Positions 11,507-23,365 of a stretch of 64,000 bases of DNA are shown piece by piece. Numbering within the stretch: position 1 is the stretch's first letter; every line of letters starts with the position of its first letter. The DNA lies in the NCBI GenBank assembly GCA_050575255.1, contig JBNZDD010013425.1, positions 372,001 through 436,000 of the forward strand, given 5' to 3'. The position numbers and the translations under genes are program-made. This stretch comes from Harriotta raleighana (lineage: Eukaryota). The notes below the pieces were generated by a model. The model was given only the letters and a program-made list of their open reading frames with translations. It did not search any database and was not told the origin of the DNA.

Positions 11507-12705
11507 ACAATAACAACATAGTTACATTTCTATAGCTGCTTTTACGTCGGGAGGACGATCCAAGGCCCTGGACAGTCAATGTTTCAGACTCAAACTGGAA
11601 TTGGGATTGGGTAGGGTGGTGGGAAAGGAGGGAGTTTGGGATGAGCGATGGAACCGTCAAAGAGGAGTCTTGAGGCTGGACTTGAAGGAGGCTAAGGAGG
11701 GAACAAGGCGGAGAGACTACGAAAAGGAATTCCAGAGGTTGGGGACAGAGTGGCTGAAGATTTGCCTGCCGATGGTGGGGCAGGTGGGTCAGTGGATATA
11801 GAGCAGGCCAGAGTGGAGGGAGCAGACGAGTTGGTAGGGGATTAGGAGGTCGCAGAGGTGAGAAAGAAAGAAGTGAAGCTGGGATGCACCAACTCATTAC
11901 AGGGCCTTAGAGTGGAATGGGAGGTTGGTGATGGGGCAGTAGCTGGAGAATAGGGATGGGTCCAGGGAAGGTTTCTTTTTTAGGATGGGGGTGATGACAG
12001 CTATTTGTAGAGGTGTGGGAACAGTGCTGGTGGATAAGTTGATGATATCAGTTAGGAAGGAGGCTAGGAAGTGGGCTGGGAGACGAGGAGCGAGGTGGGG
12101 ATTGGGTCGAGAGAGCAAGTGATGAGTTTCATTTTCAGGATGAGAGCAGAGAGGGAGGAGGGAGAGATAAGGTCAAGTGTGTATGATGGGGGTTAGGTGA
12201 GAGTGGATCCAGAGGGAGAGGTAATAGGGGTGTAGTCGTAGACGTTTAGCCGTGGCTGAATGGATCCGCTCAATTTTAGATTCTAGGAAGTCTAGCATCT
12301 CCTCGCAGTTGGAATTTGAGGAGCGGATGGGCGAGGCGTGGGAATGTGGACAGAGAAGATGGTTACTGGTGGAGAATAGGTGCTTGGGGTTATCCCTGCC
12401 CTCCAAGATTAACTTAAGAGTAAAAGGAGGACTTGGCAGATGTAAGGATGGAGCGGTAGGTCTTAATGTGATCCAGCCAAATCTGCCAATGGACCATTAA
12501 TTGGGATTTGGTCTAGACGTGTTTGCCAGCATCGGTGGAGATGTCTGAGAGGAAGGTGGGGGGAGGGTTTGGGGGCCAATAGAGGAGGAGGATTTTGAGG
12601 GAGAGACTAGAGGGATGATAGAGAGTAAGGTGCTCAAAGGGAAGATTCCAGAGGAGAAAGGCCAAGGGGTGACCGGGAGATGAGAGCCATACCATCACCA
12701 CAGGT
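11507..12705 (-). mobile_element. L2-clade LINE, internally deleted (3' tail joined to pre-RT/endonuclease portions)
   Basis: Minus-strand TPILKKKPSLDPSLFSSYCPITNLPF and DNPKHLFSTSNHLL; (aac)n tail at about 11510. Confidence 0.8.
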
Positions 12706-14364
12706 CTATATAAAAAGGGCGCTAGATAAATTCCAATTGTTGTGGTCGGCTACCAAAAATTCATAAACAATAACATTAACAAAATATGACACTTGTATAA
12801 CGTTTTTCATGTCAGGAGGACGTCCCAAAGCGCTGGACAGTCAAAAGCTACAAACCTTAAGTGATTGAAAGAATTTGAAGAATATTCAATTTAATTCACC
12901 AAAGTAATAAGAAAAACTTTTACCAGCGGAGCCAAGTGCCAAAGGCAAGAAAGTGGCTGTCAAGCTTAAATGTAAATTCACTCGTTAATAAGTGTCCTTT
13001 TTAAAAAAAATAATGAGTTAACCAAAATAACTAATGAAAGCAAATAAGTAAACAAAGAACTTTATCTCTAATTTTAATTTGGAAAGTATACAAACAAACC
13101 AATTGATTTCCGTTGTGTGGGATGGTGCCCACATTTCAGTTTCCAGGAATGAATGTACAAAGATTTTTAAGATTCAGATCTACGCACACAATTACTCAGG
13201 AAAGCAATGTAAACATCTAGAATAACCTATCATGTATGTAACATTATTCATGTGCCCAACTGGTTGTTTAAAAAAAACTTGAGTAACAATGTAGAGTTAG
13301 AAATAGAAAACTACTCATGTAAATAGACAAAACGAGAGAGACACACACACAGAAATGCAGAGTGGAAAAGAGAAAGTTTTTTTTTAACTGACTTTACCTG
13401 GACTTTTTGTGTCAAATTGTACACAACCCTCCAATTTTCTCCCACTAGTTTCATGCAAACAAAAAAAATCGGGTCCCAAAATATCCAGTTTTTTTAAAAC
13501 TTTGGTGATAAAAAGAATACTTTAATGGTTCTTGCTAATTAAAACACTCAAACTCTCCCAATATCTGTTTGCGAAGAGATATTTTAGTAAAAAGTCATGC
13601 AGACAAGAAGGTCAGAAGTTCAAGTCCCCATTTATGAGTAAGCTGATCTCAGCCAGGCTCTACAATTGGTCTCAGGGCTGCTAGTTAGAGAAGAAACAAA
13701 ATACAAGGACTTTTGCTCGCAATTGTTATTCAGTGACAACTGCTGAAAAATGCGAGTGTTTGAACTCTAGAGAAGGATAGGATTTCCACTATGATGCTTA
13801 ATCTCATCAAATACAATACCTGGTTGCATTTCAAGGGCATTTAGCAACAAGTACAAAAGAAGTTATTCTAACATTGCATAGTTCACTGTCAGAGCCACAC
13901 TTAGAATACCACATGCAGTTTTTACAACCCTTCTTCAAAGGTATTTGAAAAGGTGTAGATAAGAGTGATGATGGTGATTCTGGCTCAAAAGAGTTTAAAT
14001 TTATGAAGAGACTCAATGATAGTGGGGCAAAAGCATGATATAGCTCTTAAATGTTAAAACACAGATTAAATAAATCCCAATTTACCATTGGACAGATTGT
14101 AAAAGTAAACTATTTCTTGGTCACCCAGGTGCCTGACATATGCAAAAACCCATAGTCTTGCTCAAAACAATTTGATGCAGACTGAGCTTCACATATGCAT
14201 GCCATCCACCATGGAAATTTTCCATTTGTTTGAAATGTGATAAACACTCTCTCCCCAGACAGATGTACCCTGCTCACTTAATTTCACAAAATTTTAGCTG
14301 CAGGTTGGGCAAGAACTAAGACCTGGTAATCACAGGGTGTAAATTAGGGGTATTCATTTATAAT

Positions 14365-15065
14365 AATTATACTCACATTTGATCTGGCGCATATCATATT
14401 GTTTCGGCGTCTCAAAGCGCTTCACAGAATATATTGTAAAGTGAATTGACTGTATATTTTGTGAGGTAAACATGGCAACCAATTACATACAGCAGTGTCT
14501 CACAAAAAGTCGTGGTTTGAATGACCAAATTGTTTTTGGAGGGGATACTCCCCCAGAAAGTGATCTGGCAATTGATTAACAACTGGGTTCCTACTTATTG
14601 CTCAGTAAACAGAGGTGTGTGGAGTAAGGAAACTTACTATGGTTTTACCCTGGATTGGCTGAACAGCCTTTTGTTTGATAATGGTCTCCCAATTCCTGAT
14701 CACTATCCAGTGCCCCCTGTTGGAAGCTGTATGCAATGGTCATCAGGAGAGGTCAAGAAAGGAAGAACTCCCAATGTGACGCCCCATGTTTGTTTTGGAA
14801 AGTCAGCATTTAATAATAATAATCCTTGCATTTGATATAGGACCTTACAACATCTTCAACATGTCTCAATGCACTTCACAGAATGTATATTTTGGGGGCC
14901 AAACCTGGCAGCCAATTGCACACAGCAGTGTCCCACAAACAGTTGTGGTTTAAGTGACCGATCCACCAATCGACTAACAATTGGGTTCCTACTTACTGCT
15001 AGGTAAACAGAGGCCTGTGGAATAAGGCAACCACTTGCTCGCAAGGCAAGTGCTCTAACCAATTT
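14365..15065 (-). mobile_element. Two SINEs of the long variant (about 14365-14660 and 14813-15065)
   Basis: Same family plus the extra segment gggttcctactta.tgct..gtaaacagagg. Confidence 0.85.
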
Positions 15066-15673
15066 GCCAGAATTCTAACCAGGGTATCCATAAGGGTATC
15101 TATGCAGTGTCTGGTCCGATGCAGACAACAAAAGTCCAGTTTCTGCCCCACAGGCTACAGCCATGTGGCGCAACTACAATTCCTATCATTCTCCTTTCCC
15201 AGGCATGCGCAGTGCATGCACGTAAAAGCAAATAATACTGGTATCTGCTTTTGAGAAACTAAGAAGTTGGCAAGTTGGAAGTTAAACAGCCAGCTGGTTA
15301 AATGGTTAAACTGCATGGTCTTGCAAGTCAAGTATGCCCATTTTAGCCAACACACAACAAAGTAGCCAGAAGAGAAAAATCTGATGCCATGAAAGCTAAC
15401 AAACCACATCAGAGAACCTAAGTCAGCAATCTGAAGTGATAAAAATTTATTTCAAAAGTTATTTAGCTATTCATGACTCACAACCAGCCAAATAGAAATA
15501 TAGTAGATGGTTTTCTTCCATTCATATTTTTCCAACAAAAGTCTAGTGCTGGATGGTCCAACATTTTTGGTAAATGTTGGACCATCCAGCCTGATGCCAG
15601 ATATCAGAAATGTCTATTGCGCACATAAGCAATATTGTATCCCAGTTGGCCAGTTGTGTGTGTGTTGCATATA

Positions 15674-16011
15674 CAGGTAGACCTCGCTTAAAGTTGCTTT
15701 GGTCAACGTTGCTTCGTTATTGCGTTGCTGTTATCAGCACCTTGGGAAAGGTGCCTCTCCTGACGTGAAAGGCGCTCCACAAATGTAATTTTGTTATTGT
15801 TGTTGTTCGTACATAGGGGAACATATATTCATTTAACGTTTCAACGTTCACCATTACATTCTTCGTGAGGGTGAAAACAAACTACTTTGGGTGGTGTAGG
15901 CGAACATAGACTCTGAATGTCTGGTATCCTTGCGCAGGTCCACTTAACGTTGTTTTGCTTAAAGTCGCACTTTTCGCGACCACAGCTGCGACGTTAAGCG
16001 AGGACTAAGTG
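15674..16011. mobile_element. Tigger-like MITE, family B, carrying a short L2-tail insertion (about 15735-15807)
   Basis: Imperfect 23-bp TIRs CAGGTAGACCTCGCTTAAAGTTG / CGACGTTAAGCGAGGACTAAGTG flanked by TA. Confidence 0.75.
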
Positions 16012-16964
16012 TATTTGCTTGGAGGGCAATGAAATTGGAAATTATTTGTGGACTGGATTAAATCATCCACCTGCCCCCAGTTCAACCTCCCTGGTCTACT
16101 GTATTAGCTGGAAAATTTATATATCATTGTTTTGCCATTGACACACCTTGCACTCTCAAAGTGTTGCCAGCGTGAGTTAGTAAATTCAGATTTATGCAAT
16201 GAAACGAGACCACAAACTCACACAGAATGTTCAATCAAACACAAGTTTCCTCTCCAGAGGAATAATCACCACCTGCTGTGTGAAGGCGATGAGAAAAAAC
16301 AGAAACAACTGGACAGACAACTAAATTGTCACTATTGCGTGTACTCAAAAAATCAAACTTCCAGTGTAACAGAAAACTAGTTCTAACAAGGAGGGGGCAG
16401 GGAACAGAAATAAAGCTACTGAATCTTAAAGCTAAGAGATTGCAATCCAATTTTCAGCTTCTTGTCAATATGTGCATGTTCATATTTCCTGTGTGTTTTA
16501 TAATGTTCCAAGCCCTGGGTCAAATAGAAGGTTTAATACATTTCTCGGGATGTACACTAAGGACATGAACATGCAAATATCAGTTTGTCACAAAAATCCC
16601 TCACTGAGAGTTTCTTATAACTGTTGGGATTATTCAACTACTGTACCATACAGTTAACTCTCATCGAAGGCGACTATCGATTGCGAATTCAAGTATATGT
16701 GATGAAACAAAAGCATCACGTTTTTGTGCAGCGCACGTAAAATTTGTGTATACGTGCTGGCTGGCCCACGTGCCTATGCGCACGGGTGAAGACGCCGACT
16801 TGCTCCCGACTAAATCCGATGATTCCTCGGCTGGCTGGTCCCACGCGCATGCACATTTTTGATGAGGCCGGCAGATCCCGACTAAAGCCGACCTCTCAAA
16901 GGCTTCACAGGATAACATCTAGTTATCTAAATTATCTAGATTATCTAGATAACTATTGCATTTA

Positions 16965-17330
16965 GTAGGCAAAAGCTGCACCCAATTTGTGTTATAGTTG
17001 TGTGTGACACAAACAGCCACAAAGCAAATGACCAATTTTATTATGGGGAGTGCTGGCCGGGACACAAGGAGAAACTTCCTTCTCTGTTTGAATAGTGCCA
17101 TGAGATCTTTGAAACTTCTCAAAGACATGATGGGGTGCTATCTCAAATGCAAGGATTCTTCTTCTTATTATCATCTGTAGCGTCCACCTGAACAGGCAGA
17201 TGGAACCTCAGTTTAATTTCTCATCTGAAAGCTGTCACCTATAACAATACTCCGCATCCTCAGCAATGCTGTGTCAGCCTAGACTATACAAGTTCAGTGT
17301 CCCAACATGGGGCTTGACCCCACAACAAGT
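16965..17330 (-). mobile_element. Old Deu-domain SINE
   Basis: Reverse complement of the Deu core (aatagtgccatgagatcttt...gtccacctgaacaggcagatggaacctcagtttaatttctcatctgaaag). Confidence 0.7.
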
Positions 17331-17587
17331 GACACAAAGAGCTTTAGGTCTTGCTATTTTGGTTGCATTGTTCATTTGGATGATATATATAATAAGGCAA
17401 ATAATATACGTCTTTACCTCACTGCCTTGCCTCCTTTCATCCTGGGTTCATCAAAACAATGGTCCTTGCACATCACATTGACTGCAGCGTCTACAATAGC
17501 ACTCAATGAAAGCTAACTAATGTACTGATCAATGAATCAGTACTGCTACCTTTCCACCATCCACTTTTGAAAGAATGCAGAACCTAC

Positions 17588-17731
17588 CCCTCCCGCTTTC
17601 AGCAGCTTTCGTCGGAACTCCTCGGTTGGATTATTGAAGGTGAGTTTCTCACAACGAAGATGATTTACAGGTGGGTGTCCTTCAAGGTGCAGAAATAAGT
17701 CATAATCAAAGCGTACTTTCTTAGGTTCCTC
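17588..17731 (-). CDS. MLLT3: MLLT3/AF9 coding exon (equivalent to human exon 4), YEATS C-terminus: [48 protein letters not shown]
   Basis: Translated by hand (not in the ORF track in this frame). AF9-type residues ([25 protein letters not shown]) rather than ENL-type. Acceptor tttcag|GAG, donor GGG|gtaggt, 144 nt, phase 0-0. Confidence 0.97.
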
Positions 17732-19648
17732 CTGAAAGGGGAAAAAAATGACCCAAGCTGAGATTGGTTTTGAAAAATAAATCTTTCCAGGGTTAACAAT
17801 TCAGTCGCTTTGGATTTATTCCAGATTTTCAAAGCAAGAGTAATTTTGATCATCCCAAATCAATACTCAAAAATCTAAAGCACTTAACAAGATTTCAAAA
17901 ATATATTTAAGGAAAACCTGCTATAGTTTCAAGATCATCTCTAATTGTGTTTCACCAAAAACAAAGTATTGTAATGTTTCATGGAATAATCTTGTATTTG
18001 TCCCAAATAAAACTGCAAAGAATCATAGGGCAAGGTTCAACCGTCAGTCAGCTGTGTGTTGAGTTACTGATCTTAGTCTCAATACCTTAAAAAATAGTGA
18101 ATTTTATCTAGCTTTGAAGCAAAAATTACATTCTTAATTGGCAGTAGAATTGAGATAAGGAATAAAGAATGAGATCAGAGAATATATCAGCCAAAAGTTA
18201 GTTAGACCGAATAATATCAGCTTTTTGGGGACAACTTGAACACAAAACATGTAGAATTGTTTCTCTAAGGCATTTAGCAATGGTGGAAAAGTGTGAATGG
18301 TGGTCATGGAGTGAAACATGAATGAATCACACTGAATGAACTCAAGGCTATCGCGTTAGATAAGATGGTAAAGGGACTGCCTGGTGAAGCAATTGATGAT
18401 ACAGATTATTGCAAGTTCCAATTATTGCAGATGCTTGCTCGGAAATGCTATCCAATGGAAAACATACTTAAACGAGGGTGACTACATTTGGTAAACCAAA
18501 TCCAGGTAGTCCAAAAAAATTGAATTCACTTCAATTGCTAATGCTGGTAGGACTGAGGTACCTTGTTGGAATAATGATTGTATTTCTCTGATGAGCGTCG
18601 CTGTTCTAAAAAGTATTATTCTTGCTCAGTTTGTTGTTAAACTCAAGTCAGGGCAAATTTGTCAGTGACAGAACACATCATTAGCGGACTATCCCCAGAA
18701 ATAAGAGACGTATGGCCACCCTATCTTAAAGACTTTGCATGAGCATAGAATCAGGCTGAGTTGTGACATTTACTGAGATTGTTTGGCAGCTCTCACTCTC
18801 ATGATTCACATATGCACAAATCTTATTTGGACAATGAATCAAAGGATACTCATGGTACTGAACTGCGGTAGAAATGGGGAGGGGGAAGGAGTCAAAACAC
18901 CTCAAGGATGGGGAAGAAACAAACTGCCAAAATAAGATTTGCTGAAAGTCCCTTCTCACTTTTCTTCCTCCTTTAATCTGGGATTCTTTATTTTAGACTG
19001 CAAATTTTATTTTGGTAATCAGAATAATATTGAAAATATGGGTGCTCCAGGTGTCAAAGTTGGAAAAATTCAGTTCCCATCTGGAATCATATAGTTAGGG
19101 TCTGCAGACATTCTGGTCTATTACACAAATGCTAATGTGAATGAGCACAACAAGACTCCTGAATCCATTAGAAACTCAATGGTTACTTCTTGTGGATTAA
19201 TTGCAAATACATCAAAAGTTGGTTATTGGACCCCAGAGGTAAAAAAAAACTCAGTGGAGTGGAGAATTAATTTCAAAATCAATTACGAAAGCTTTTGATT
19301 ATCATTTTGATATTTAGCTTTTTTTTCCTACATTAGAAATTTTATCTTGAATTTTGATGTGAATTACTTATAGAAAAATTTATGGCCAGAAATTTGTATA
19401 AATCTGAAAAGTGTCCCACCAGCATGGTCACATTTCTTAAAGGAGTACCAACATCATTCAAAAGAGGTATGAGAGACTGATTGAATCAACCATTTCACTT
19501 CAACTGGTAAACTACTTTGGAACATCTAGCATAGCAAAAATCCTGTATCCTGTATTTTTTATATATATATATTGTTTGTGTGTATATATATATATATTAC
19601 AGTATATCAAAGCATTAGGATGATAAAATGTATTCAAAACCAGCCTAC

Positions 19649-19731
19649 CTTGTTTTTGAAGTACACCTCGATCGGCATTATAAAACCAGCGTATCCGGAC
19701 TCCTCCACTTTGTATGGTGGATCCTTGCATA
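19649..19731 (-). CDS. MLLT3: MLLT3/AF9 coding exon (equivalent to human exon 3), YEATS domain: (V)[27 protein letters not shown]
   Basis: Minus-strand translation is almost identical to the AF9/ENL YEATS segment including the ESGYAGF acyl-lysine-binding loop. Acceptor tgcag|TA and donor AAG|gtaggc. 83 nt, phase 1 to 0, matching the human exon length as I recall it. Confidence 0.97.
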
Positions 19732-21137
19732 CTGCACTCAGAAAGCAAACAATTAACAAATAATTAAAGAATAACATACAAAGGACAACATCACATATAT
19801 GACACATTTTGTATGTATAAACATGTACTTTCAGCAAAACACTTGATTGAAACAGTATCCTAGTGCTACATGATCANTGTACTTTCAGCAAAATACTTGA
19901 TTGAAACAGTATTCTAGTGCTACATGATCAGTAGTACTGTATCTGAGACTGTATATGGTCTTTAATTTTTTTGGACAAAGTGAATTTCTTCATGAATCTC
20001 TTTTTTCTGCAGAATTAATTGAAACTCAGTAAACCCATTGCAGTCACTGGCGATCAGAACCATGACAAATACATCTGTACATTTCAAAGAAAATCCACAT
20101 GCCACTCAACAGAGCTTTGTAAATATATTTTTTAATNAAAAAAACTCACATCTGTAAGCCTTTCCTGGCTTCTCACTACTGAGTGAGCAGCTGTTTAAAC
20201 AGCGGAAAAACTCAAACACAATAATCCTATCAAGAATTGTAGACAGGGTAGGAAATCCAATATGCACACACCCACACATCAACTAAACCCTGGCAGCAAC
20301 TTTAATCTGGAAAATTCAACAATTTTCCATCAGGTTTCAAATCATAGAAAGAAATGTAAGAATTCATATGTCTCACGGTATGGATTTCGAACAAGGAGGT
20401 AAACCCATAAGAAAATTCTCTAATACACCGAGACCGCAGGATAAGATAGTAACATAGAGTCCAGGCTGTGAAGGGTGATTTAGCATTATTATTTGATAGC
20501 TTTCACATAGGGAGGATGTTGTAATAGCTGGGACTCATTACTAGGAATGGTGATTGAGACAAGGATGTTGTACTACTGTACATGTTTAAGGGACAGCTTG
20601 ATGCTGGCATCATAAGAGTAGCGAGGGGACTCTTGAAGCATAAAATCAGATAGGCCTTATTCATCCCTCATTCATCCATATTCATTGTTCTACACAAGCC
20701 AAGTTGTGTAGCCAAAATATAAAGGACAAGATTTGTCCAGAAAGTATACAGTCAATCCATTTTACAGTATATTCTTTGAGACTTTAAAGATGTGATAAGG
20801 CATTCTATTGAAAGGAAGGATTATTAATATAACTTCCAATTTGGGCAAGTCATTAAAAAAATGTAATCAGTAGATGTCGAAAGGCTTTAACAGTGATAGC
20901 TGGAGGGAGAGAATTTGAAAGAAGAGAAAGTGTTATTTTTACAACAAAAAATTACAATCATCATGTTAGGAAGTGACATTATTTAATAGCTCTCATACAA
21001 TTCTTAGCAACTGGAAAAGCCAGAGAGGTAATCAGCCCTTCATCCCATGGGGCAGGAACAGAAAGATAAATGAAATGGATCAGGATATTAACACAAAGGG
21101 AGTCAAGACGAATGCAATGAGAAAAAAACCATAAGTA

Positions 21138-22062
21138 CAGTAAAAGCTCGTTTATCCATGACCCGATCAACCGTAACTTCCATATAAGCGGCACCTCAAA
21201 AAAAGGACCCCATTCGAATAACCAGATCTTATCTGGCACAATTGCGGTGGGGTATTTAGTGAGTCGATTGTCGCATGAGAGTACAGTACGATTAGTTCTG
21301 TATGCTGCCGATAGTGGCATTTCCGTTTTTTCCTCTTAAAGTGGCACTATAGGTTTTTCCTCTCCCTCTCTCGTTTTTCTCTCTCTCCCTCTTTTTCTTC
21401 CTCCCTCTCCTTCCTTCCTCTCTATCACTCCCTCTCTCTTTCTATCTTTTCCCCTTTCTTTCTTTCCCTCTCTCTCTGATGAATACTATGTATTGCCTGT
21501 ATAGCCTGACTGTATTGTGGGATTATACACTGTTTTGGTGGGGGGGGCGGGGGTGGGGTGGGAGAAGGAGAGAGAGGCAGGGAAAGAGAGGGTGGGGGGG
21601 AAAGAGAGAGGAGTGCCAAGGGGAGAGAGAGGCAGGGGAGGAGGGGAGAGAGAGGGGTATGAGTTGATTAATTTAGATGGAAAATGAGGAGGGGAGTTGG
21701 GTTTGGAGCCATTGAGATGCCAGACTGACTTGAGTGTGTGAGAAAGAGAGAGAGGGGGAAGGAGGGAGAGAAAGGAAGAAAAAAAGAGGAAGAAACGACA
21801 GTACCGGTTTAAGCCACTACCGTTCACCGCTTTAAAAGTTTGCTTTGTGATTGTGTGCTGTGTTTGTAGACTGTAATTGATATTTATTGCTTTATTGGTA
21901 AGTATCCATACAATATTCTGTTATTATTTAGTCTATTATTAATATGGTAGGTTTAAAGAAAAGTTAATTTTTTTTATATTGGGTTTTCGGCCGAATATCC
22001 GGCGAGCTGTTTAAATGGCATTGGCCAGGTCCCGAGGGTGCTGGATAAACAGGCTTTTACTG
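21138..22062. mobile_element. MITE family A, long copy with internal CT-rich and GA-rich low-complexity tracts
   Basis: TA|CAGTAAAAGCTCGTTTATCC ... GGATAAACAGGCTTTTACTG|TA, with the same subterminal blocks as the 1157 copy. Confidence 0.85.
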
Positions 22063-22132
22063 TACACTACTGTATAAAGCCATAAGAATTACTCTGCTGT
22101 GTGACACCATGCCTGAACTGTGCTCATGGGAC

Positions 22133-22442
22133 ATAATAATAATCCTTGTATTTGATATAGCGCTTTCACGTCATCTAGACGTCTCAAAGCACTTCACGGA
22201 ATATACTGTAAAGTGAATTGACTGTATATTTGAGGGCGAAACACAGCAGCCAATTGCGCACAGCAGTGTTCCACAGACAGTGGTGGTTTGAAATGACCAA
22301 TGTACTTATTTTTTCTTCAGGGATTATTAGTAGGCGTGTGCAGTAAAGAAACTTGCCCAAGGTTTTGCTCTGACCTGTCTGGAGTTGAACCCAGGTCTCT
22401 AACTTGTAAGGCGAGTGCTCTAACCACTGAGCTAAAGAATTC
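22133..22442 (-). mobile_element. Full-length SINE of the dominant family
   Basis: Complete tail, core and A/B-box head on minus. Confidence 0.92.
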
Positions 22443-22984
22443 AAATATAGTGTAATAAGAGTTTCCTACTGCAGTTCTTTATGCTCCAGCTCATCAGAAT
22501 TCAAACAATGTTGCTGTGAAGAAGAGCCATATATATTTGGACTGACTTGCAAAGGAGTTATGAAGCAGGGTGAATGAAGCAATAGTACAAATTCCCTCCA
22601 CTACCACTGGTAATCAAGTTTGGCTGCAAAGCAAGAGAAAGGTAACTCGAGTCTCACAAGATTGTTGCCCAGAACTCATCATGTAGAAAATGTAAAAAAT
22701 CATCTGGCTCGAGTGAGTGCCTCTAAATTTTTGGATGAAAACACACTATCGGAGGAACATAAAGAAAGGCAACAATCCCACGATAGCCAACTCTTAAATC
22801 CTCAGGGCAGTCACTTGAGTTGTATAAATTGTGCACTTTTCTTTGCGTCTCTTCAGACATCATTAACCATGATTGTATCTTCCACTTGAAAATGAAATTG
22901 TACATCCTGTAAAGCACTTTGAGAATTTGACTCTGTCATAAGACGCTATGTCAAATGTAAGGATTATTTTATTATAAACAGACA

Positions 22985-23365
22985 AGCAGTTTGATGTCAC
23001 AATGTCTCAAAGTGCTTTTCAGATAATTACTGCCAAGTGCAGTGATTATTTATAGCTAAACACTGCAGCCATTTGCACCATTAAGATCCCGCATACAGCT
23101 ATGAGGCAAACAATTAATTAATCAGGATTACTGGCTAGGACACGAGGACAAACTCGCATTTTTTTTCTCTAAATAGTGTCATGGGATCATTAATACCCAG
23201 AAAACGGATCCTCACTTACATGCTTCATCCAAAGTATGGCCTAAAACAATATAGCACTTTGCCTAGATTTACACTCAGCGCATCACAACAACAACAGCAA
23301 GATTACATTTATTCAGTGCCTTTCACGTCTGGAGGATTATGAGCTCAAGTCCCAATGTTGTGCAG
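22985..23365 (-). mobile_element. Old Deu-domain SINE
   Basis: tggctaggacacgagga...aatagtgtcatgggatcatt...cctcacttacatgcttcatccaaag matches the Deu core on minus. Confidence 0.6.

Noticed and set aside
2930-19731. Calling the gene MLLT1/ENL because of the extra exon and the GFIMP motif
   Set aside because: The YEATS C-terminus and the whole large exon carry AF9-specific sequence ([32 protein letters not shown]).
22380-22442. tRNA-like sequences here and at other SINE heads
   Set aside because: They are SINE heads attached to core and tail, with no complete cloverleaf; not tRNA genes.
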